Origin: Opitutaceae bacterium
GTDB taxonomy: Bacteria > Verrucomicrobiota > Verrucomicrobiia > Opitutales > Opitutaceae
DNA length: 64,000 nt
Assembly: GCA_035545515.1 (NCBI GenBank)
Contig: DASZYH010000234.1
Location: 3,020 to 67,019, forward strand
Reading direction: 5' to 3'
Positions 9,435 through 18,535 of the stretch are shown here, piece by piece (position 1 is the stretch's first letter; the number at the start of each line of letters is the position of its first letter). The notes under the pieces are model-generated. The model did no database searches. It had not been told where the DNA came from and worked only from the letters and a program-made list of their open reading frames with translations. Both the position numbers and the translations under genes were made by a program.

Positions 9435-9697
9435 ACGGGACCGCGGTATCGGCACGGTGATCGTCGACGTCCCATGCGAGCGCCTCGCATTCGGTTAATG
9501 CATAGCAAGTAACACGACTTTAGGGCCGACGCATTGTCGGCAGACGGCTCGCGCAGGCGAAGCCGGCGGCCCGTTTCGCAAGAACTGCACGGCGTTTCGC
9601 AAACCTGGCACAGCGGCAGGGTGCCGTCGTGGGCGATGATAAGCGTAGATGACCCACACATCGTCCCACGCTAATGCCGTCGTGTACTCGGATCCGT

Positions 9698-9711
9698 TTG
9701 ATCCGCGTCAA
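9698..9711 (+). promoter_or_regulatory. FNR/Dnr-type box upstream of nirK
   Basis: TTGAT-CCGC-GTCAA, one mismatch to TTGAT-N4-ATCAA, ~60 nt before nirK ATG. Confidence 0.8.
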
Positions 9712-9765
9712 GGTGCGTTTGGCCGGGCGGTGGCATCGTGTGGGGCACGATCAGCCATTCCCGTC

Positions 9766-11274
9766 ATGAAGATTCCAACCCGCCCACACTTCGTCCCGGC
9801 TTCGCTCGCCTTGCTCGCGGCCGTCCTGAGCTGCGCGTTGCCGCTCCGCGCGCAGGAAAATACCGCGATCGCGTCGTCCGGCGCGGCGCCGCTGGCCGCC
9901 GACCTCCCGGTTGAGACGGAGGTTCTGGTGCCGCCGCCGGCCGTGCCGCCCCCAATCGGTCGCCGGCATCCGGCCAAGGTTATTGTGCAGCTCGAGGTGC
10001 GCGAGGTAACGAAACGCCTCGCTGATGGTGCCGAATACACCTTCTGGACTTTCGGGGGGGACGTCCCCGGACGGTTCATTCGTGTCCGCGAGGGCGACGT
10101 GGTCGAGTTGCACCTCAACAACAACCCGAGCTCGAAGATGCCGCACAACATCGATCTGCACGCGGTGACGGGTCCGGGCGGCGGTGCGGCGTCGACCTTC
10201 ACGGCCCCGGGGCATTCATCGGTGTTCACGTTCACCGCGTTGCGCGCCGGCCTGTACGTATATCACTGCGCAACTGCTCCGGTGCCGATGCACGTGGCGA
10301 ACGGCATGTATGGCATGATCCTGGTCGAGCCGCCGGAGGGCCTGCCGCCGGTCGACCACGAGTACTACGTGATGCAGGGCGAAATCTACACCCAGGGCGC
10401 CACGGGCGACACCGGTCTCCAGGTTTTCGACAACACGAAGGCGGTCGATGAGCGGCCGACCTACGTCGTCTTCAACGGCTCCGTCGGTTCGCTGACCGGC
10501 GACCACGCCCTGAAGGCGAAGGTCGGTGAGCGGATCCGGATCTTCTTCGGCGATGGCGGGCCGAACCTCACGTCCTCGTTCCATATCATTGGCGAAATCT
10601 TCGACCGCGTTTACCCCGAGGGCGCGATGTCACCGGTGATGCAAAACGTGCAGACCACGCTCGTTCCCGATGGGGGATCGACGATCGTCGAATTCACGCC
10701 GCAGGTGCCCGGCACCTATACCATCGTCGATCATTCCCTCACGCGGGCGTTCAACAAGGGCGCGATCGCGATGCTCAACGTGACCGGCCCCGCCAACCCG
10801 GTGGTCTATTCCGGCAAACAGGCCGACGAGCTCTACGACGGCACGACGGCGATCGCTTCCGCGGCGCCGGCCACTCCGGCGCCGGCACCGAGCGTGACGA
10901 CGGCCGCCGCGCCGGCGAAGACGGGCCCGTTGACGAAGGAGGAGCGGATCGCGCGCGGCAAACAGGTGTTCGATTCGGTCTGTTTTGCCTGCCACCAAAT
11001 GAACGGGCAGGGGCTGCCCGGCGTGTTCCCGCCGCTCGCCGGCTCGGATTTCCTCAAGGCTGACCGCTCCCGTGCGATTCGTATCCCGGTGAAGGGGCTG
11101 ACCGGCCCCGTGACCGTCAACGGCAAGACCTACAACAACGTCATGCCGCCGCAGACGCAGCTCGATGACGCGCAGATCGCGGACGTGCTGACGTACGTGA
11201 TGAATTCGTGGGGCAACGACGTCGGCACGGTCTCGGCCGACGAGGTGAAGCAGGCCCGCGAGACGGGAATGTAA
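9766..11274 (+). CDS. nirK: Copper-containing nitrite reductase (AniA-like) fused to a C-terminal cytochrome c
   Basis: [40 protein letters not shown]; Ala/Pro linker; CFACH heme motif and distal VMPP. Confidence 0.95.
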   Translation: MKIPTRPHFVPASLALLAAVLSCALPLRAQENTAIASSGAAPLAADLPVETEVLVPPPAVPPPIGRRHPAKVIVQLEVREVTKRLADGAEYTFWTFGGDVPGRFIRVREGDVVELHLNNNPSSKMPHNIDLHAVTGPGGGAASTFTAPGHSSVFTFTALRAGLYVYHCATAPVPMHVANGMYGMILVEPPEGLPPVDHEYYVMQGEIYTQGATGDTGLQVFDNTKAVDERPTYVVFNGSVGSLTGDHALKAKVGERIRIFFGDGGPNLTSSFHIIGEIFDRVYPEGAMSPVMQNVQTTLVPDGGSTIVEFTPQVPGTYTIVDHSLTRAFNKGAIAMLNVTGPANPVVYSGKQADELYDGTTAIASAAPATPAPAPSVTTAAAPAKTGPLTKEERIARGKQVFDSVCFACHQMNGQGLPGVFPPLAGSDFLKADRSRAIRIPVKGLTGPVTVNGKTYNNVMPPQTQLDDAQIADVLTYVMNSWGNDVGTVSADEVKQARETGM

Positions 11275-11290
11275 TCGGAGAGGGCGCCCG

Positions 11291-12181
11291 ATGCTCCACG
11301 GCCGACAATATTCTGCCCGTTGGCTCGCCGTGATCGTCACGGTGCTGCCGGCGGTTGGGGCGGTCCGGGCGTCCACGACGAATCCGGCGGGCCGGCCCGG
11401 CACCGAGACAACGACGATCGCGCCCGCCGGGATGGTGCGGATTCCCGCCGGCTCCTACGAACCGATCCTGCGCGGCCGCGATGATGTCGCCCGCGTGCCG
11501 GTGGCCGCGTTCTGGCTCGATGTCCACCCCGTCACGAACGCGGAGTACCTGGAGTTCGTTCGGACGAATCCAAAATGGCGGCGCTCGCGCGTGTCGCTGT
11601 TGTTCGCGGACGAGGGATACCTGGGCGATTGGGCCGGCGATCTCGAACTCGGAGCGAAATCACCGGCCAACGCGCCGGTTGTCCGCGTTTCGTGGTTTGC
11701 GGCGGAGGCCTACGCGGCTTGGGTGGGCAAGCGTCTGCCGACGACAGCGGAATGGGAACACGCCGCCGCCGCCGGGTTTACGACGCTGCGCGGCGAGAGT
11801 GAGCCGGCGTACCAGGAGGCCGCGCTTGGCTGGTTCGCGCAGCCGACGCCGGCGCGTTTTCCGGACGCCGGTCTGGGCCGGCCGAATCTGTACGGCGTGC
11901 GCGACATGCTCACGCTGGTGTGGGAGTGGGTGGATGATTTCAACACGGCCCTCGTGACCGGCGAGTCGCGCTCCGACACGGGCCTCGACCGGAATCTTTT
12001 CTGCGGGGCGGGAGCGGCGAGCGCCCGCGATCTCACGAATTACCCGGCCTTCATGCGCGCGGGATTCCGCAGTTCGCTGCGCGCCAGTTACGTCGTGCCG
12101 AATCTTGGATTCCGGTGCGCGCGATCCATTTCCCGCCCGGCAGCCGGCAAACCCGCTCCGAGCGACCATCACCCACTATGA
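11291..12181 (+). CDS. nirV: Formylglycine-generating enzyme family protein, NirV-like
   Basis: PVTNAEY, RLPTTAEWE, PNLYGVRDM..VWEW, GFRC; signal-like N-terminus; immediately downstream of nirK. Confidence 0.7.
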   Translation: MLHGRQYSARWLAVIVTVLPAVGAVRASTTNPAGRPGTETTTIAPAGMVRIPAGSYEPILRGRDDVARVPVAAFWLDVHPVTNAEYLEFVRTNPKWRRSRVSLLFADEGYLGDWAGDLELGAKSPANAPVVRVSWFAAEAYAAWVGKRLPTTAEWEHAAAAGFTTLRGESEPAYQEAALGWFAQPTPARFPDAGLGRPNLYGVRDMLTLVWEWVDDFNTALVTGESRSDTGLDRNLFCGAGAASARDLTNYPAFMRAGFRSSLRASYVVPNLGFRCARSISRPAAGKPAPSDHHPL

Positions 12182-12843
12182 AAACCACCATCGCCCTCAC
12201 GTTGGCCCTGATTTCCGTCGCCGTCGCTGGCGCCGCTCCCGAAGCCGCCGCGCCCCGCCCCGCCAAACGGGCGTGCTGCCGCGCCTGCTGCGCCGAAGAG
12301 AAGCCGGCGGCAGCGGTCAGTGCCGCCCCGCTCAGCGCCCGCTCGCTGTACCAGGTCGATGCGACCTGGACCACCGACGCCGGCGAACCGTTTGCACTGG
12401 CGACTCTCCGCGGCCGTCCCGTCGTGCTCGCGATGTTCTTCGCGAATTGCGAATACGCGTGCCCGGTGCTCGTGAGCGACATGGCGCGGATGCGCGCCTC
12501 GCTTCCCGCCGATGTCCGCGCCCGCACGCAGTTCGTCCTCGTGAGCTTTGATCCGGTGCGCGACACGCCTGCGGCGTTGAAGGCCTACCGGGCTCGCGTC
12601 GGGCTCGATGCGGGATGGACGCTGCTCCATGGCGACGCGTCATCCGTCCAGGAACTCGCGATGTTGCTCGGCGTGAAATACAAACAGGACGCGAAGGGGC
12701 AGTTCTCACATTCCAACCTGATCACGGTGCTGAACCCGCAGGGTGAGATCGCCTACCAGCGCGCGGGCCTGATGGGAGACGTCTCCGAACTGGCCAGGGC
12801 CGTGGAACGCGCCGAACAGTCTGACCAGGTTGCCGTTCGCTAG
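12178..12843 (+). CDS. SCO1/SenC copper chaperone
   Basis: FFANCEYACP (CxxxC), SFDPVRDTP, FSHSN; ATGA overlap with upstream gene. Confidence 0.9.
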   Translation: MKTTIALTLALISVAVAGAAPEAAAPRPAKRACCRACCAEEKPAAAVSAAPLSARSLYQVDATWTTDAGEPFALATLRGRPVVLAMFFANCEYACPVLVSDMARMRASLPADVRARTQFVLVSFDPVRDTPAALKAYRARVGLDAGWTLLHGDASSVQELAMLLGVKYKQDAKGQFSHSNLITVLNPQGEIAYQRAGLMGDVSELARAVERAEQSDQVAVR

Positions 12844-12863
12844 ATCGAATCCTCCTTCCCGCC

Positions 12864-13100
12864 ATGCCGTCCGAACCCCGCAAACCCCGCCTCCTCGATG
12901 TCCGCCCGTTGATTGCGCGCGGCGAGGAACCGTTCACGAAGATTATGGCGACGATTGCCGCCCTCGGCCCGGGCGAGGGATTCGTGCTCGTCAGCCCGTT
13001 CCTGCCAAGTCCGCTGATCGAGAAACTGCATGCGGAGGGCTTTCAGGCCCGGCCTGAGCGCCGCGGCGACGGCAGCTGGCAGACTCATTTCACCCGCTAG
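12864..13100 (+). CDS. DUF2249 family small protein
   Basis: LDVRPLIARGEEPF...SPFLPSPL...GF pattern. Confidence 0.75.
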   Translation: MPSEPRKPRLLDVRPLIARGEEPFTKIMATIAALGPGEGFVLVSPFLPSPLIEKLHAEGFQARPERRGDGSWQTHFTR

Positions 13101-13116
13101 CCAACCAACTCCACCG

Positions 13117-13479
13117 ATGTCCGCCTTGTCCAAATCCTCCGCCCTGCTCGCCGGCAACGAACCCGGCATGGTCTCACTCCGCGACGCGGTTCCGCTGGTC
13201 GGGCAGGGGATCGTGAGCCGTACGCTGCTGGCGACGCCCGAGTTGCGCTCCGTGCTGTTCCGCTTCGCGCCGGAACAGGCGCTGACCGAGCACACGAGCA
13301 CGAGCCGGGCATTCATTCAGATCCTGGAGGGCGAGTGCGAGTTCAGCATCGCCGGCCAACCCCGGACCCTCGGGGCCGGCGAGGTCCTGCACCTCCCACC
13401 CAACGTCCCCCACGCCGTGCGGGCGACCACCGCGATGAGCATGCTCCTCGTGCTCGCGCCGGAGCGCCCCGCCACGTGA
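13117..13479 (+). CDS. Cupin domain protein
   Basis: LTEHTS...QILEG...LPPNVPHAVRA cupin motifs. Confidence 0.8.
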   Translation: MSALSKSSALLAGNEPGMVSLRDAVPLVGQGIVSRTLLATPELRSVLFRFAPEQALTEHTSTSRAFIQILEGECEFSIAGQPRTLGAGEVLHLPPNVPHAVRATTAMSMLLVLAPERPAT

Positions 13480-13525
13480 GGTTTTCGGCGCGACGCAGCC
13501 CCGAGAATCAACCTAGCATTCCGTC

Positions 13526-14245
13526 GTGCCCACCGACGTTGCCCGTCTTCGCAATGCTGCCGTCGCCGCGACGCTGCGTTCGTGCCAGCTGTTCAACGGC
13601 CTGCCCGCGGCCGAACTCGACGCGATCGCCGACTTCTCGATCCTCCGCAATATTCCGAAGGACGGGTATCTTTTCCGCGAGGGTGATCCGGCCGAAGGTT
13701 TCTATGTTGTGCAGAAGGGTGCGATCAATGCGCACCGGGTCAGCCCGACGGGCAAGGAGCAGGTGATCCATGTGTTCCGTCCCGGCGAGTCGCTGGCCGA
13801 GGCGGCGCTGGCGAGCGAGACGGGGTACCCGGCGAATGGACGGGCGGTGGAGGCTTCGGCCGTGATCGTCGTGCCGAAAGCCCCTTTCCTGGCGCTGCTC
13901 GGCCGCCGTCCCGACCTCGGGCTGCGGATGCTGGCGTCGATGAGCCAGCACCTGCGCGTGCTGGTCGGCCTGGTGGAGGATCTGACGTTGAAAGACGTCG
14001 AGACACGTTTCCTGAACTGGCTGTTGAAGCGCTGCGTCCGGGAGGCCCGCGGGCCGGCGACGGTCCAGCTGAGCTCGACCAAGCGGGTGCTCGCCGCCGA
14101 GCTCGGAACAAGCAGCGAAACGCTCTCGCGCACGTTCGCGCGGCTGCGCGACGAGGGATTGCTGGAGGTGAAGGGGGCGGCGGTCCGGATTCCGGATGTG
14201 GTCGCGCTCGAGGCGCGGTTCCGCGGCCTGCTCGGCGAGGCGTAG
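13526..14245 (+). CDS. Crp/Fnr-family regulator (Dnr/NnrR-like, no Fe-S cysteine cluster)
   Basis: LFREGD..GFYVVQKG, GESLAEAAL; HTH LGTSSETLSRTF. Confidence 0.9.
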   Translation: MPTDVARLRNAAVAATLRSCQLFNGLPAAELDAIADFSILRNIPKDGYLFREGDPAEGFYVVQKGAINAHRVSPTGKEQVIHVFRPGESLAEAALASETGYPANGRAVEASAVIVVPKAPFLALLGRRPDLGLRMLASMSQHLRVLVGLVEDLTLKDVETRFLNWLLKRCVREARGPATVQLSSTKRVLAAELGTSSETLSRTFARLRDEGLLEVKGAAVRIPDVVALEARFRGLLGEA

Positions 14246-14325
14246 CCGGCGTCCATCGGCGACGAGAGCGGGTGGGCGGCGGAGCGGCCGTTTTCGCCTG
14301 TTCCGTTCATCCGCCGCGACCGCCG

Positions 14326-14351
14326 TTTGTCACAAGTCGCGTGTAACTTTT
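14326..14351 (+). promoter_or_regulatory. 26-bp motif shared with 50369-50394
   Basis: TTTGTCAC-N6-CGTGTAACTTTT upstream of the exporter operon. Confidence 0.5.
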
Positions 14352-14587
14352 CACCGGCCTGCGTGTTGTCCCCGCATGTTTGTCTCCAGCCGGGCCTCCC
14401 AGCGCGCCGGCGGTTCGCATTCGTTTGCGAACCGACCGCTGCGTCGTGCTGGGCGCGTGCTCGTCGCGAACGCCAACGTTCTCAATATTCAGTTGTGTAA
14501 AGTGGCCGGGATCAATGTGTCCACCGCCACTCCTTTTTGTCCGCCGAGCGCAGGCCCTGCTTGCGTCACCCGGTGACATCGTGTCCG

Positions 14588-15991
14588 ATGACCTCCCTGA
14601 ATCCGCGCCCTTCGTCCATGAATCCTCCTCCCGCCGTGACCAAACCGGCCATTGTCCCGACCGTATCCGCGCCGCGGAAGAAATCGCCGATCAAATGGAT
14701 TCTGCTCGGCGCCGCTGCGCTCCTGGTCGTCCTGGTGATCGCGGCCTACGTGGTGAAGAAGAACCACACCGCCACGGTGCGGGTTACCGCCGAGAAATCG
14801 GTCACCCGGACGATCATCCAGGTGGTGTCGGCGACCGGGAAGGTCCAGCCGGAACTCGAGGTGAAAATTGCGCCTGAAGTCGCCGGCGAAATCACGCAAC
14901 TGCCTTTCCGCGAGGGGGCGCTGGTCAAGAAGGGGGACCTGCTGGTCAGTATCAAACCCGACAATTACCGTTTCCAGGTGGAGCAGGCGCAGGCGGCGCT
15001 CGCCTCCGCCCGCGCGTCGGCGCTCGATTCCAAGGCCCGGCTTGAACAGGCGCGTGCCGATTTCCAGCGCAACGACGACCTCTATCAGAAGCACCTGATC
15101 TCCGATTCCGACTACATCACGGCCAAGACCACCTACGAGGCGGCGGAGGCGGACTCCCAGAACTCCGTCGCCAACATCCAGCGCGCGGAGGGCGTCCTCA
15201 ACCAGGCGGAGGACCTGCTGAAGAAGACGATGATCTATTCCCCGATTTCCGGGACGGTCACCTCGTTGAGCAATGAAGTCGGCGAGCGCGTCGCCGCCAC
15301 CGGCCAGTACGGCATGTCCGAGGTGATGCGCGTCGCGGATCTCTCGAACATGGAGGTCGAGGTGAACGTGAACGAGAACGACATCGTGAACGTGAAGGTC
15401 GGCGACAAGGCCAAGATCTCCATCGACGCCTTCCCCGGCCGCAAATTCATCGGCGTCGTGAAGGAGATCGGCGCTGCCGCCAAGGTCACGGGCCAGAACA
15501 CCCAGGACGAGGTGACCAACTTCCTCGTGAAGATCCGCATCCTCGACAAGGACGTGGCGCTGCGGCCGAGCATGAGCGCCAACGCCGACATCGAGACCAA
15601 GACGGTCGAGAACGCCGTCGCAGTGCCGATCCAGAGCGTGACCGTCCGCTCGAAGCAGGGCGCCCGGACGATGGACCAGGTGACCGCTGACCGCCAGAAG
15701 TCCTCGGCGGAGATGAAGGGCGAAGGCGCGGCGACCGCCGTCAATGTCGACCAGCAGAAGCGGGCTGACCGCGAGGATCGCGAGAGCATGCAGCGCGGCG
15801 TGTTCGAGGTCGTCGGCGACAAGGTCAAGTGGGTGCCGGTTGAGACCGGCGTCCAGGACACGAATTATATCGAGATCAAATCCGGCCTGAAGGCGGGCGA
15901 GGAGGTCGTCAGCGGCAGCTTCGGGGTGATCACCCGGACGCTGAAGGACGGGATGGCGGTCACGGTCGATCGCGCGAAGCGCAAGAGCTGA
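14588..15991 (+). CDS. MacA/HlyD-type periplasmic adaptor subunit
   Basis: TM anchor; VSATGKV.P..EVKI.PEVAGEI; IYSPISGTV; VNENDI..VKVG; C-terminal GLKAGEEVV. Confidence 0.9.
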   Translation: MTSLNPRPSSMNPPPAVTKPAIVPTVSAPRKKSPIKWILLGAAALLVVLVIAAYVVKKNHTATVRVTAEKSVTRTIIQVVSATGKVQPELEVKIAPEVAGEITQLPFREGALVKKGDLLVSIKPDNYRFQVEQAQAALASARASALDSKARLEQARADFQRNDDLYQKHLISDSDYITAKTTYEAAEADSQNSVANIQRAEGVLNQAEDLLKKTMIYSPISGTVTSLSNEVGERVAATGQYGMSEVMRVADLSNMEVEVNVNENDIVNVKVGDKAKISIDAFPGRKFIGVVKEIGAAAKVTGQNTQDEVTNFLVKIRILDKDVALRPSMSANADIETKTVENAVAVPIQSVTVRSKQGARTMDQVTADRQKSSAEMKGEGAATAVNVDQQKRADREDRESMQRGVFEVVGDKVKWVPVETGVQDTNYIEIKSGLKAGEEVVSGSFGVITRTLKDGMAVTVDRAKRKS

Positions 15992-16001
15992 GGCTCCGGC
16001 C

Positions 16002-16742
16002 ATGATTCCTCCCCCGGCTCCCTCCGCGACCATCGTCCGGACGTTCCGTCAGCCCGGACCGCTCGTCATCGAGATCGATGGCGTGACGAAATTATACAAG
16101 ATGGGCGCGGAAACCATCCACGCCCTGCGCGGGGTCGCGCTGAAGATCCACCGCAACGAATACCTGGCCGTCATGGGCCCCTCTGGCAGCGGCAAGTCGA
16201 CGCTGATGAACATGCTCGGCTGCCTCGATACGCCGACCGCCGGGCATTACGAATTCAACGGCAAGAGCGTCGCGTCGATGACCGACAACGAGCTCGCCGA
16301 GATCCGCAACCGGGAGATCGGTTTCGTCTTCCAGACGTTCAACCTGCTGCCGCGTTCGAACGCGCTGCACAACGTCGAGCTGCCGCTGATCTACGCCGGA
16401 ATGCCGAAGCAGGAGCGCATCGCGCGCGCCGAACTCGCGCTCCAGAACGTGGGCCTGGGCGGGCGGATGCTGCACAAGCCGAACGAGCTTTCCGGTGGCC
16501 AGCGACAGCGCGTCGCGATCGCCCGTGCGCTGGTCAACAATCCGTCGATCATCCTCGCGGACGAGCCGACCGGCAACCTCGACTCGAAGACCGGCGAGGA
16601 GATCATGGAGCTGTTCGAGCAGCTCTACGCCCAGGGCAACACGATCATCGTGGTCACCCACGAGGAGGACATCGCCCGCCACGCCCGCCGCATCGTCCGC
16701 CTCCGCGACGGCCTGATCGAAAGCGACACGAACGTCCTGTGA
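16002..16742 (+). CDS. ABC transporter ATP-binding protein (MacB/LolD type)
   Basis: [27 protein letters not shown]. Confidence 0.95.
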   Translation: MIPPPAPSATIVRTFRQPGPLVIEIDGVTKLYKMGAETIHALRGVALKIHRNEYLAVMGPSGSGKSTLMNMLGCLDTPTAGHYEFNGKSVASMTDNELAEIRNREIGFVFQTFNLLPRSNALHNVELPLIYAGMPKQERIARAELALQNVGLGGRMLHKPNELSGGQRQRVAIARALVNNPSIILADEPTGNLDSKTGEEIMELFEQLYAQGNTIIVVTHEEDIARHARRIVRLRDGLIESDTNVL

Positions 16743-16743
16743 A

Positions 16744-16873
16744 TGCGGACCGCAGATTGCGGACTGCGGATTGAGAACAGCGACCTGACAACTTGCCGAC
16801 GCGAATTCCACCTCCCGGAGATTTCGCTCCGCTCTGACTAATCCGCACTCCGCACTCCGAAATCCGCAATCCC
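16744..16873. repeat. Inverted heptamer-array module (TGCGGAY left / MTCCGCA right)
   Basis: 4-5 units TGCGGAC/CGCAGAT/TGCGGAT at 16744-16778; ATCCGCA/CTCCGCA units at 16841-16873 ending at the next ATG. Confidence 0.8.
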
Positions 16874-18124
16874 ATGTCTCGCCTCTATTACGAGTTCACC
16901 GAGTCGATCCGGATCGCGGTGGCGCAGATCCGGGCGAACAAGATGCGCTCGGCGCTCACCGCGCTGGGCGTGATCATCGGCATCGTCGCCGTGACGCTGA
17001 TGGGCACGGCCATCCTCGGGATCGATCGTGGCGTGGAGCGCAGCCTGGCCGGCTTCGGTGACGATGTTCTCTATGTGACGCAGTGGCCGTGGCGCGACGT
17101 GAACGACTGGTGGGTGTATCGCAACCGCCAGAAGATCGATGTGCGCCAGGCCTCGGCCATCAACGAATGGATTGCCGAGCATCCCGAGGGGCCGCTCAAG
17201 CTGGCGGTGCCGACAGTCGACTGGAACGCGAACGTCCTCCGCGGAGAGCTGAAGGTCACGAACATCAACGTCGTGGGCTCCACGGCCGATCTGGCCCGGA
17301 TCACCCGTTCCGACATGAAGGAAGGCCGCTATTTCACCGACATCGAGGCCCACAGTGCGCGCAACGTGGCGGTGATCGGGTTCGACGTGGCCGATGCCCT
17401 CTTTCCGAACGAGTCGCCGATTGGAAAGCACCTCCAGATTCGCGACCAGCGTTACACGGTCGTCGGCGTCGCCGCCCGGCAGGGCAGCTTCCTTGGGCTG
17501 TTCAGCTGGGACTCCCAGGTGATCCTGCCGATCGACGCGTTCGCGCGTTCGTTCCCGGTGCGCTGGGCGGACCCGACGATCCGGGTGCAGGTCGATGCGT
17601 CGCGCATGGCCGACGGGCGGGACGAGCTGCGCGGTCTGATGCGGCGGCTGCGCCGGTTGAGCCCCGAGAAGAAGGACGATTTCGAGATCAACAGCCAGCA
17701 GGTCGTCCGGGAGCAGATCGACCCGATCAAGCAAAAGATCGCGATCGGCGGGCTGTTCGTCACGGGCCTGGCACTGTTTGTCGGCGCCATCGGGATCATG
17801 AACATCACCTACGTCAGCGTGAAGGAGCGGACGAAGGAGATCGGCACTCGCAAGGCGCTCGGCGCGCGGCGCCGGACGATCCTGTTGCAGTTCCTGATCG
17901 AAGCCGTGGGCATTTGCGTCCTGGGCGGCCTGGGCGGCCTCGCCACCGCCTGGGGATTGTCCGCGCTCGTGGCGACGGTCTTTCCCGCGTTTCCCCTCGT
18001 GTTCTCCGTCTCCCTCGTGCTCGTCGGCCTGACGCTCTCGATCGCAACCGGTGTCTTCAGCGGCTTCGCGCCCGCCTGGCAGGCCAGCAAATTGGACCCC
18101 GTGGTCGCGCTGCGCTATGAATGA
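16874..18124 (+). CDS. ABC exporter permease (MacB/FtsX type)
   Basis: RSALTALGVIIGI; GIMNITYVSVKERTKEIGTRKALGA; LDPVVALRYE. Confidence 0.95.
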   Translation: MSRLYYEFTESIRIAVAQIRANKMRSALTALGVIIGIVAVTLMGTAILGIDRGVERSLAGFGDDVLYVTQWPWRDVNDWWVYRNRQKIDVRQASAINEWIAEHPEGPLKLAVPTVDWNANVLRGELKVTNINVVGSTADLARITRSDMKEGRYFTDIEAHSARNVAVIGFDVADALFPNESPIGKHLQIRDQRYTVVGVAARQGSFLGLFSWDSQVILPIDAFARSFPVRWADPTIRVQVDASRMADGRDELRGLMRRLRRLSPEKKDDFEINSQQVVREQIDPIKQKIAIGGLFVTGLALFVGAIGIMNITYVSVKERTKEIGTRKALGARRRTILLQFLIEAVGICVLGGLGGLATAWGLSALVATVFPAFPLVFSVSLVLVGLTLSIATGVFSGFAPAWQASKLDPVVALRYE

Positions 18125-18130
18125 GGAGAA

Positions 18131-18527
18131 TTTTCGATTTTCGAATGCGATGAACGAAACCGAACTTACTACCCGGACGAAGAAGTTCGCGCTTCGTGTT
18201 TTGAAATTGATCGACGTGTTGCCGAATGCGCGTTCGGGGCGGGTATTGGCAGGGCAGTTGGGACGTTCTGGAACTTCCATTGGCGCGAACTACCGGGCGG
18301 CATGCCGAGCGCGGTCAACCGCGGACATGATTTCGAAGCTCGCGATCGTGGAAGAGGAGGCCGACGAATCTGGCTACTGGCTTGAACTCACTGTGGAGCA
18401 CGGCCTGATGCCCGGCCGGAAGGTCCAACCGCTGCAGCAAGAAGCCGGTGAACTCACCGCCATCATGGTAGCCTCTCGAAGGACCCTGCTGGCGGGAATT
18501 CGAAAATCGAAAATCGAAAATCGAAAA
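18131..18527. repeat. Inverted heptamer arrays (TTTTCGA x2 / TCGAAAA x4) bracketing the four-helix-bundle gene
   Basis: Units at 18131-18144 and 18500-18527. Confidence 0.85.
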
Positions 18528-18530
18528 TAA
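18150..18530 (+). CDS. Four helix bundle protein ('23S rRNA IVS protein' family)
   Basis: KFALRV, QLGRSGTSIGANYRAA, KLAIVEEEADESGYWLEL; tail KSKIENRK is the translated heptamer array. Confidence 0.9.
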   Translation: MNETELTTRTKKFALRVLKLIDVLPNARSGRVLAGQLGRSGTSIGANYRAACRARSTADMISKLAIVEEEADESGYWLELTVEHGLMPGRKVQPLQQEAGELTAIMVASRRTLLAGIRKSKIENRK

Positions 18531-18535
18531 CGGCA

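Noticed and set aside
11291-12181. FGE-family gene as maturase for the sulfatase at 44.7 kb
   Set aside because: It is embedded in the nirK operon, which fits NirV better
18150-18530. Diversity-generating retroelement (Avd-like fold)
   Set aside because: No reverse transcriptase and no TR/VR pair seen in the window
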